DNA of 63,991 bases, the filler included, from Choristocarpus tenellus KU-1152 (Eukaryota; Protista; Phaeophyceae): assembly GCA_964200185.2 (NCBI GenBank). It is 12 parts of 12 records of this genome, joined end to end, with 100 filler letters (N's around TTAATTAATTAA, not from the genome) between each part and the next. Parts side by side here need not be neighbours in the genome. Positions count along the whole stretch, not along the records: positions 24,899 to 27,790 come from CAXNAD020023873.1; positions 27,891 to 34,801 come from CAXNAD020007082.1; positions 34,902 to 39,099 come from CAXNAD020015741.1; 9 more parts are not named here. One strand, 5' to 3'. Shown here one piece after another: positions 24,899 to 36,240 of the stretch (position 1 is its first letter; each line of letters begins with the position of its first letter). Below the pieces are notes generated by a model. That model did no database searches and was not told the origin of the DNA. It saw nothing but the letters and a program-made list of their open reading frames with translations. A program made the position numbers and the translations under genes.

Positions 24899-27790
24899 CT
24901 GTTTCACAGTGGCGACGACGGCAATCGTTTTGAAGTGGGAGAGTACTTTTCCAGTACTTTTTGGGGGAAACTCTGAATACATTGCCTGTACTTTAAGCAC
25001 CACCTATCTATGCCAAATGATTCTTATTGGCATACCGTTCCATCAAGGAGAAGGAAGACAAAGTACGTTTCACACAACTTCAAACCGATTTCAGGTCTTA
25101 ATGGCGGAAGAGTTCAAGGAAAACGAGCCTGATGAACATCTACTCCCAATATTTCATGACCAGGACCCCTTATCATTCGATGAGGTTATACTGGAAGACG
25201 GGAGGAAACTGTTGGTTCATAAGGCATCTGGAATTTTTGTTAATCCTGATTTTCGAATGGTGGATCAACGGGTGGTACAACAACTTATGTCTGCAGACAA
25301 TAACCCCCTTATTCCATCTACTTTGCCACCGACCCCGCCTGCCTCGCAGTCTGCCCATGTACCTACCACGAGGTCTATCCCAACACCATCAGCACCACGA
25401 TCTACCCAGTCAGGGACGTCGTCTACTGGAGATTTGTGCGTAACTTTGATCAATGACGAATTGAAGGCTGCAGTGGAGGAGAGACGTCCTCCTAACATGG
25501 ACCTAATCCGGAGTTGGACGGAGACAAGAGACATGACTGATGTAAGGCAATCTCCTCCAACTGTCCCCATTACTACTTTACCGAAAATGTCATTAGCGAA
25601 TTTCGTAAAGATATGTGTCTGCCTTCAACTATAACTGATGTACCAACTCTTCTGACAAGTTTTCTTATGCACGTCACACTTCAACTTCACGAATCACAAC
25701 GTGACCAGTCAACTATTGATAGGGCATGTATGGCCTATTTGCCTTTAGTTTTAGATACAAATGCCAATATGTTATACTTGCAGAGTATGGAAGGCAAAGT
25801 TGAATGGCGCTCACCTGCACAATCGCGTACCATTCAAATGCAGAATAACTCCGCCGATCCTATTCCCATTGTAGCCCCTAAAACATGGGATCAATTGTGT
25901 GCGGTTTTTATCAACAAATTCAGTCACGCGAATGCGGTGGGAGATTGGGGCAGACAGTGGGCTAATATTCCCCAAAAATCCGATGAAACCCTTGAAGTAT
26001 ATGCCCTTCGATTTCAACACCTTCTTGGTAGATTTACTACAGCCGTTGACCGTTTATCTCCAGATTCAAGCAATCGTAAATATATCGATCAAATTACAAT
26101 TGCCATTTTCGAAGGTGGACTACAACCCCATCTTCAGCTAAAACAGTTCAGTGAAGATTTCGCTTCCACATTACCTGACGCTTTCACTCGCGCAAAACGT
26201 CATGAAGCAAACAATCTAACGGGAAAAGGACATGCCCACGCTCTTGCCCCTGTCTCTTCAATTCCGTCGACTGTTACGACCGCTGTCTCTGCTGTTTCCG
26301 CCAGTCACGCCGCACAGCCTAAGTTTCCTTCGGCAAAAATTGTGGCACTTCAAGCAACCAATAAGCGGCTCGAGCGAGAAGTTCGAACTTTAAACCGACA
26401 ATTTAGTAGACTTTTAAAAAACATTCACGCCTCTTGAAGCCCCCTTTGACGTTCTCCACTTATGGTCATCAAAAAGGAGCAAAACGTCGACACGAAGACT
26501 GCACGCCAAATCGGTTTACCTGCGATAACCCCCATTGCCAAAAACCATGAATGGGCATGATGTAGGGACTATGTTGACATGCCGGGAGCGCCGCCCCGAG
26601 TTACCGAAGAGGAGAACAGAAAAAGATAGAGAAAGCTAGAGCTCGAAAGTACAGTAGGAATTGATTGGGCCCAGAAGACATTAACCCCTGTAGTTCTTTT
26701 GGGTCGGAAGTCGGCTCTAGTACAAGAGTCGATAGGGTTGTAAAACGAGCGAAACAAGATTCGTCTAGTGTAGCATTAGCTCCACAAGCACAGTTTATTC
26801 CTCAACGTTTTCAGGATAAACATGCTTCGCATCCAATTTTTCCGTTAGGTCCAGAGCAGAGTCTTAATAATAAAAATAGTTCATGGTACTCCAGTGCATT
26901 ATCACAATACACGTCTCTTCCTTTGTGTATAAAGTCATCATCAAAACGTATACGTGTGCAGGGAAAAATTAATTCTGAACTAGCTACCTTGCCTTGGACA
27001 CTGCAAGTGATATACCATGTATTGCTCACAAATTTATAGTTTCCCATCCTTCGCTCCAGAATTTCTATATTGAACCAATTCCAGCAGGTGCAATTAACCT
27101 TTGTTCTGCAGATGGCAGTGCTTTGACCATCATGGGTTTTATCGGGTTCTCTCTTCAATTAGGTGATACTACATTCCCAGTTGAAGCTTTAGTGTTGCCC
27201 ACTTTTGGACCTGATGATGTTCTGCTTGGTAACAGTATTCTTGATGCTTTTGGGGCGACATATGACTGGAAACCTCAAAGGTTATCATTCCAAAAAAGTA
27301 CAACTGCCATACCTGCCATTCATCGTACTACCCCTTCTTTTTATATGTCGTCCCCTGTTCAAATAGCAGCTATACAAGTAAAAGTTCCACCTACACCATT
27401 TCGTTTGAAGGAGAAAATATCCATTCCACCAGAATCTGAAGCGCTTGTATCTGCTGTAAGTGAAGAAAACCCCTCTGTAACTTGTGATGCTGTTGTAGAA
27501 CCACGTGTCTGTTCATTTCATGATATTAATTCAATAAATATGAATGATCCTTGGCAATTTATTGTTGTTGCTCGGACAGTTACAACATGGGATGATGATG
27601 ATGATGCGTCAGGGGTAGTACAAATTGTTAATATGTCCTTACAAACAGTTCATTTACCCAAGAATATTTTACTTACTTGGTCGCATCTACCCTGCAAACA
27701 TAATCAACACCAAACAATCTCACAGAAGAAGGTTGCCTATCTTGAACATCATGTAGAAGGTATACCCTGAAGGTGACCTATCTTGAACAT
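24899..27790 (+). mobile_element. Decayed Ty3/Gypsy LTR retrotransposon, 5' internal part: PBS, gag, zinc knuckle, aspartic protease
   Basis: LTR end ...TTTCACA followed by PBS TGGCGACGACGGCA (24910-24923). Intronless gag with TWDQLCAVFINKF...QKSDETLEVYALRF. Protease LDTASDIPCI...DVLLGNSILDAFGA. Frameshifts or stops near 25630, 26437 and 26990. Confidence 0.85.
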
Positions 27791-27968
27791 NNNNNNNNNN
27801 NNNNNNNNNNNNNNNNNNNNNNNNNNNNNNNNNNTTAATTAATTAANNNNNNNNNNNNNNNNNNNNNNNNNNNNNNNNNNNNNNNNNNNNCCCCCCAGCC
27901 CCACCCCACCCCATTCTAGGATAACACGACTCCAACACCAGGCACACAGATCCCTCCCTCCCTCACAC

Positions 27969-28795
27969 CTTATGACCCATATTCTTCATGGCTTGGCGCG
28001 TCTCTTCCATCAGCTCTGCGGCCTCCTCCGCCTCCTGAGCAGAACGAAATCGGCGAGAGCGCTGCTGGTTCATTTTGGCACGTGGGGCCACCCCATCGAT
28101 GGCCATGTAGAGCAGTCTCCTTGGTCGAACCGCCGAGAACAACCTTTTTTAAAATGTGTGCGTGCGTGTGTGTGTGTGTGTGTTTGTGTGTGTATGTGTG
28201 TGTGTGTGTTTTTGCGCGCGCACGTCACTTTAATAATAAAATAATAAAATAATAAAATAATAACATAGAAAGACACAAATAAGAGGAAAGAGACAAGACA
28301 ACTTTGTCACCAGATCAAATTCACACTCTCTAGTGGTTACTGGTATCTCTACAAGAAGGGGGATCATATCGGGCTCTCTGTCCATCAATGCACAGCCCCC
28401 CATGCTGGTCAATAGTGGAGCATGAAACTGCAAGGTGACATACTGCAGTAGTACAGCTGTCGCAGCACCTGTCCACATAGTCCATTATGTTCTTGTACAT
28501 CTCCTCCTCTGACTCGGGTGGAGGTTTGTCCTCTGGATGAGAGCAGGGGTGGATGATGCCGTTCATGTCTATGTACAGGTTGTCAAACTGGATCAATCCC
28601 ATTGTCACCAATTAAAATGATGCGTGTTAAGGTATGTATGTATGTATGTATGTATGTATGTATGTATGTATGTATACATACATACATACATACGTATGCA
28701 CATATGTTTGAACAAGTGTGTGTACATACATACATACATACACACAAACAAAATAGGGGGGGTGAAAGGGGAAAAGTTTAGTAGATGGACATAGA

Positions 28796-28835
<40 letters not shown>

Positions 28836-30266
28836 TGTTAGACGCTGCATCGACATATATGCCAATAGTACACGTGAGGAGTTTAGTGTAACATCTACAT
28901 ACATATATGGATATACAAATATATATGTATACATGAAATATATGTAAAACATGTACCATATTACAAGACAAAAAAAATGATAAATATACACCATATTACA
29001 AGACAAAAAAAATGTATGCGCATACAAATAACGGAATACATATAGGGGAAAACTACGGAAAATTTTGAATATTTTATACATACGGATATATACATGTACA
29101 AACACAGGCGTAACAAAAAAAATAGTTAAGAATTGAATCGATGTTTTAACCTATGGCGTCGAATGGGAAACTAGGGATGGGAAGATGGAACTGATGACAA
29201 AAAGCAAGATGCATAAGGCAGATAATCAGCCCACAGTCAAGTGGAGGGCTTGAGATCACCATAGTGCCCATTGAGTCATGCAGACAGTTGGTGAATGGGT
29301 GGGACCAAAGAGTGACGCTGTTACGAGTTCAACTTTGGTACAAAGATGGACTGTTCTAGTACGTACATACTCGCAAAAAAAGGTACTCGACAAGACACTT
29401 GCACGCTAAGGCAGTTGCAGGATCGAATTATTTCAACGCAGGAACAGGGATTTGGATTAACTGACGCAAGGGATGAGAGAATGTATTGGTGGTGTCATTG
29501 ATTTGAACTGTGCTGATTGCAAAGAGGGTGGGTCCCCCCGAGGTTGTTTGTTGTCCCAAGGGGAATGCCTTTCACTATGTTACACCCTTTTACTAAATAT
29601 ACACAGATTGAAACTACCTACGACTGCAGACAATACAACTTTACTTACCAAAGGTTCTACTGCTACTGCTCGGCACATTAGAGAGAGAAAAAGAAACAAG
29701 ATGCAACTCTGAAAGACACACTAGATCAGGCATGGGGGGAAGGGTAACGGAGAGTCCACGGACAACGACCAACTGCAATTTAATGGTTGAAAGGGTCAAG
29801 ATCCCCAGCAGATGACACACTGATTGGAAAATAAAATCGATGCATGGTAACCAGTGTTAGTCTGGTGTGACGAGTGTCTGGAAACCAACACCATTTTGAT
29901 ATATGCCAAAAGTACATGTGATGAGTGCAAGACAGAGAGGAAGAGAGAAAAGAATACTAAACATATGGTGGAATGCCACGATAGGGCCTTATAGATTGCA
30001 AGAGGCGGTGTTGTTGTGTCTGGATAGCGCTGCTCAGGTGACCTGTTACCCCCTCTACTTGATTGCCAATCAAAGTTCCAGTCCAACCTAGTCGTACAGG
30101 GTCTACTTCCACGTCCATTTCCCACCTCCATGCCGTTAGGATTGGGCTGCTCTAGGTCTAACGGGATCTCCGTTCCTCCTGCCCGGACAGGCTTGTCCTC
30201 CAGCACGTCTACAACGATCTTGGGGTACTTCTCGCTGAGCCATCGGTAAAAGGCAGGGACACCCAT
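27969..30266 (-). CDS. XRN2: 5'-3' exoribonuclease 2 (Rat1), first three exons 30266-30126, 28587-28469, 28143-27969; continues beyond the contig
   Basis: [17 protein letters not shown]...PNPNGME|[24 protein letters not shown]...|[37 protein letters not shown]. The insert before FDNLY is of XRN2 rather than XRN1 type. Confidence 0.93.
28155..28832. repeat. Intronic microsatellites: (GT)n 28155-28208, (TATG)n/(CATA)n 28633-28740, (TA)n 28799-28832
   Basis: Directly visible. Confidence 0.95.
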
Positions 30267-30900
30267 AGCAGAGCTTCCTCTCGTTCAAGGGCCAATGCAA
30301 AGGATGGGAGCGAAGGAACAACGACGCCTAGCTTAGGAGTAGATTATTATCCTCAAAGTTAATCGTACCGACCCAAACAGGTGTCTCTCCTCACAACTCC
30401 TCTCTACCACCGTCCTTACGCCAATGCACCCACAAGTGATCCGCTCGGGATGGAGAAGAAAATCAACTTAACGGAAACATGTGACCAAGCAACACACGCA
30501 CACCCCTGTAGATGAGATCACAGCAACCACGGTCCTACAGCGTACCGTTGGTGTCTGTGTAAGAGTTGTGTTGACTGGAGGGTTTCCAAATCCCAGGGAG
30601 GCGAGGATTGAAACTGGAAGGATGTCATCTATGTTCAAGCATTCCATAAACTGTTTGTTCTCTACTGTAGAAAAGTATTAGTGTTGTGCATCAAGTGCGT
30701 ATCTCAGGGCTTGCCGGTACATACACACATATACATACTAAGCAGAGATGCAAAGATCTCCTCAGAGCTCCATAGAGATAACGTGGAGTGTTACAGACAA
30801 AATTGCACCAGAACCAGTACGGTTACAATTTTATCTCTAGGTTACAAAACCTGAGAGACTCAACGACCTCGATTGCAGTACACTTCATACTCGACACCTC

Positions 30901-33900
30901 ATGATGAAGTTGTCAGATGAAGGAGGCCATAATTTCATGCCTGAATATCTCTGTTGCCCTGTGTGTGAGCAGGAGTTCGAGCTGCCGCAGAGGTAAAGAA
31001 TTTGAAAAGACTTGCTAATACAACTCGACATCATCCGCAGATGCTCACCTCCTCAAATCGGCGGTTCTACGGCTAACAATTGTGGCCAAAAATCTCTCTC
31101 CCGGAGTTCATCAATTTTCTTTACTTTCCTACGCTCATAAACTTTAACTTTGACTGACAGAAATGGTGGCGACCTATCCTTCTCTCGCATACCAAAGCTG
31201 CTATCAGGCTGTCTGCATACGTGCTGCCAGGTGACTCACGAAGAGATCGATATGCAACCAGCATTTTCAAGTGCCTACCTTGTAGACGATTCAAGATAGA
31301 AGCAATTGTACCCTAAGTTATGCGTCGCCCTGTCGACTTTGATGCCTCATTCGCCATGATCACAGTCGTGCATGGAAGAATCCCTCCAAAGATACAGGGG
31401 AGTTGCCGAGGCGCCTTGCCCTATCTGTGGGATCATCACCGAGACTGCAGACACAAATGACCTTGTCAACAACTACGTGGTACTGCGAGGGGTCCGAGCA
31501 CGGTGCGTTCAACTATATTTGATGAAGAGGGGGGGGGTTTCCGTGTCTGACTCCAAGATTGAACAAGATCATTTTATTGTTGCATGTTTTACAGGGATTG
31601 GTTCCTTCCGGATCAGCTTTGTGACTCCTGTGATGATGCTGTGATGGCTTGTCACCGCTGTATTGATTGTGGACTTGCCTTATGCGCCTTCCACTTGAAG
31701 GACCACCGACGCTCCCGTGGAACAAAGTCCCATAAGGTGGGATAGATAGTACTTTCTGTCCAGAAGGGTTCAAAAAATGTTCTGAGCATAACAATGTTAA
31801 TTTCACATTGCAACAAACACAAGTAAAAATCTACACTTCAGTTTTCACTCACGTTGGGCTCTGGGCAAAAACGAGTGGATGCTTAGTTGCCATGTACTTG
31901 TTCAGGTGATCAAGTTGAAAGAGGTGGGGGAACGTGGTATTCAAAGCGTATTGCCAAGCCACATGCCCCTGTACTGCCCTCAACATCAACATGAGCGGGC
32001 AAAGCTCTTCTGCTCCTCGCCCTGCGCAAAACTAATTTGCCATGACTGCAGCATTCTCAGTCACAAAGGGCATGAGTTCACACTATTGCCACAAGCAGAG
32101 GAAAAACATAGAGGTCTACTCCGCAAGCATGTGGCAAGGTCACAAGAAAGGTAAGATGGATATGTATCCTCTATTATTACCATATGCCCCAAGATATACA
32201 AATGTTGTGTGTGTACTGTGACCTATCTGTAACAATGCTCTGAACTGCTGTTCTTCAAACGAAAAACGACCAGGCTGGCAGTCATTCAGGAATCACTGCA
32301 GTCAATGAAGGAAACAGAAGATAGCGTCAAGTCCAACTGTCAAAATACAGAGAGGATGGTCTTGAGGACCTTCTCCAACCTTCGCCAAGCAATTGACCTG
32401 CGTGAAAAGACCCTCGTCAAGGTTCCCAAGTGCATATCATGTACTTCCAAACACCATAGGCTCTGATAATTTATCCATCCATCCACTCATTCAACCATCA
32501 ATACTCCTTAAAAAAAGGAATGTAATGGTTATGTTGCTCGGTGTCTAGAGTATATAAAAATTACTCCCTCCAGGATATGGAAAGGTTGTGCAATACTTCA
32601 CCTCCCTTTTATTGTATTTGAGACAAGAATTGAACCCTTTCTCCATCCAACGATCAGTACTTTCATCCATACGAGCTGTATAAGAAATGATTGCATTTTT
32701 TTGTTCTGTGTTTATTCTGTGTATATTGCTCTTTTTTTGTATAATTCAAAAAAAGTATATACATGGACAAGCCCCTGCCGCTACTGACCTTATCACATGC
32801 AAGGTTTTATTTTTTAACACATTCAATCATATTGAAGATAACTTCCTGCAAACAACATACCATTTTTGAAGTATAAGTATTCTAGAAGGCAAATCACGAA
32901 TTATAGTGAATGATATTGAAGCGGGCAATTTTAGATCATTTGTGAAGCCGCTGTTATTAGGTAGGTGTCCCCGTTTCGGGAACGATACATTTTGCCCCGG
33001 AAGTGCTACTACCATCACAAAAACAGAGGCTGGGAAGTGTGCAGCATCAATATCCAATGCTGATACAATGCTTCCTACTTATTCCAGGCGTTGAAGAGGA
33101 TAGAAGAGGTTAAGGTTCGCGCCCTATCGAGGCAAATAAAGGCTCTTGAGAAGGTCGTTGCGGCATACGATACTGCCCTGGATACTGCTGGTCTATGCCT
33201 GGATCAACTACATTGCGATGAGTTCATGGCCACAGGGCCGTGCATTGAGCAACGTATGGATGTAAGCACCGACGTATTTACTTCTGTAGGAGATCTCCCT
33301 CCCAAAAAGCAAAGATCGTAGTCCTTTGTTGGAAAGGATGACTCCAATCCTGTGATTTCTTCGACACCGATGTGATCATGCACTTGCCCACTCAGGCTCT
33401 ACAGCAGCAAGCCCAATCTCTGCAACTTGAGCCATGTGTGGACGATCACATCAGCTTCAGCTGTGACAAGGGAATTCTGGACTGTGCTCGGCACCAGATT
33501 TCGAAGTTGGGATCAGTCAACAGCATCTCTGCGGTTAAAGAGGCAGGGTCCAAGGTACAAGAACAGGAACAGGTTGAGGGTACCAAGCTTCACTTCAACC
33601 TAGAGGCTAGTGTTGGGGTACATCCTAGGCATGTGGGGTTTGCTGTGCCGACAGACAAGGTTGTAGTTGAGGTCCGAGGTGGAAGCGAGGCAGAGGTTCT
33701 TTCAGGTGGAAAGGAAGGTCCACTTATTGGCAGGGTTATTTTGGTGACACAGCTCGAGGGGGCAGGTCAAACGTCTTTCCAGTCCGAACAGCTTTTTGAA
33801 TCCCTCTCACAAGCTTCAAACATGGGTTCCAGCAGTAGTGCGAGCAATGTGTCAACAAGTATTCCCACTGTCAGGTTCACCAAGGTCCTCAGGGTGGCAA

Positions 33901-33908
33901 AAGGATGA
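30901..33908 (+). CDS. TRIM-like RING/B-box1/B-box2/coiled-coil E3 ubiquitin ligase; exons 30901-30992, 31161-31230, 31366-31502, 31595-31736, 31906-32150, 32274-32421, 33088-33261, 33396-33908
   Basis: RING CPVC...GCLHTCCQSC...CPIC. B-box1 CDSC...CIDCGLALCAFHLKDH..SH. B-box2 CPQH...LFCSSPCAKLICHDCSILSHKGH. Coiled coil ..FSNLRQAIDLREKTLV.. All junctions are GT-AG and in phase. Confidence 0.88.
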
Positions 33909-35102
33909 TCATGGAGCTTTTTGTGTCACCTGCTCCACCAACCCATGAGTAAGATTGAACCCCAAAAACGCTCACTATGAAGAATCAGTGGTGTTGTATA
34001 TATTTGCAAGTGGGATGAGTCTTTGTACTCTGTTAAAGCATTTGTCTACATACTGAAATGTTTATCCCTTCCTGCTTTTTTTTTGATAAATCGGAATGGA
34101 AAGATATCATAAACCCATTGTTCTCGAAATGGCCATGGTTAGTCTTAGATTTTAGATTTATTCTAAGTTATTTGTAAAACCATAAAATTTAAAATGTTAG
34201 TTATTAAAATACAGTACCACCCTCACCGCCCAATCACAATCATCAATCGTTCCAAATTGTTCTGGTATTTTGAATTTCTTCTGATGTCAATTTTTTTGCT
34301 AACAACCAATTTACGTACCATAGAGTACTTTTTGATACCAAGACAGATCTTTAGTAAGGAGATCAGGTCCTGTTAGACATAATCTGATCCATGTCTCACC
34401 AATTTCTCCAGGCCTATCACGAACCAAATCATATAGTAAGCTGCGCAAACACCCTATTACTGGGAGAGCCCGATTTCTATTGTAGCAAAAAAGAGCATGT
34501 CCAAGACATGATATGTCGTGTCGAACGCAATAGTATTGTGCAGTTGAGGGAGAGGATCATTGCACACACCAAATATGATCAAAAGATCAGGTAAAGGTCC
34601 AGTACCCATTGTGTAAAGTAGCAGCACTATCCACTTTTCAGCGACGATACTCACCAAAAATCTAACGCCTATTGTTGGGAGATGTGCAAGTGAGTTGGGT
34701 GTAGCAAATTTGACTAGACTCTTCAGTTAACAGCCTCTCGGCAAAATTGAGGATGGAGCATACCATGGAGGATGAGTTTGACCCAAAATGGTGCACAGGA
34801 ANNNNNNNNNNNNNNNNNNNNNNNNNNNNNNNNNNNNNNNNNNNNTTAATTAATTAANNNNNNNNNNNNNNNNNNNNNNNNNNNNNNNNNNNNNNNNNNN
34901 NCCCCCTCTCTCTGTCCCTACCTACCTACCTACGTAACACCAATAGAAACACCAAAACAACCAACAGACTGAGCTCAAAAAGCAATACAGCAGAAGTGAA
35001 ACCTGCTTTTCATATCTCCACTGAAATATCAACAAAAACCCCAAACAAAAACAAAAATAAGGAAAAAACAAACTCAGGACACAGGCACCAATCGAAACAT
35101 GC

Positions 35103-36084
35103 CTGGTGAAGCTTGTTGATGGTATAGATGTCCACGTAGTCCTCTCCATATAATTTTTTCCCTTCATGGATTGTCACCGTCCATAGTACCTTCATGGCAT
35201 CCAGTAGCTACAAGCATGGGGTAAAAAAAAAGACAAATCACACGGAGGACATTGAAAGGTTAGGGCCAACAAAACACACAGTTCAGGAGTTAGTGTTAGT
35301 GTTAGGGTTAGGCAGGCATGACGTTGGGGCTACAGGTCTGAACCGGAGATAGAAGTATTACAGGGGTATGAACACACTGGCTGTTTTCTCTGTACCCACA
35401 TAGGTTATTGAGATTGATATATTCGATCCTCTAACATGTGGCAGTAACTCCAAGGGCAACAACCCATTAACTCCAGTCCTGGACAGTAAGACCTTTCACA
35501 AATGCAGGATCAATGATTCCCGCGGATTTTCCTTCCCAACCAAAGCAACTAGAGAACAAATGTTAAAAACGTGATGTTCAAGACAGCAGGATATGTACCT
35601 TAGATAATCAACGCCATCCCCTGTTGTATGTGAACGGGCAGTTCCATAATAAAGTACCTCTTTTAAGGGCAAAAAACACAACACCGATCTTGAAACTACT
35701 CTTAGGCCCTTCAATAGATTCAGACACGATCAGTTCAGGAACGACGAACGCTACTTGTTTAAATGTCGATAAAACCAGTCCAAACAAAAATAAAAAGAGA
35801 GCACGGCGTGGAGTTGCCCCGAGTTCAAACCTTGAGTATTAGGGCCTTCTTTGTCAGATCACAAATCTCTTACACACAAGCATGCAATATGTCACCATAC
35901 TCACTTCACTTCACTTCACTTCACTTCACCTCACCTCACCATGCAGTAGAAACTCTGAAAGAAAAATGCACCGAGGGCAACCGAAGGCAAAAGCTATTCC
36001 CACCAACCACCCTTTGAACGCAACGAGTCACGACTACCAATACTAAAAAAAAAAAAAAAAAGGGAATTTAGCAAAGCAGGTACG

Positions 36085-36125
<41 letters not shown>

Positions 36126-36204
36126 GATATATTATCTCATAANNNNNNNNNNGAAACAGAAGGAAAAAGCTATCCCCCCCAACCACCCTTTGAAAGCAAA
36201 AAGA

Positions 36205-36240
<36 letters not shown>

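Noticed and set aside
28605-29105. 166-aa and 114-aa Y/I/H-rich ORFs
   Set aside because: Microsatellite translation within XRN2 intron 1.
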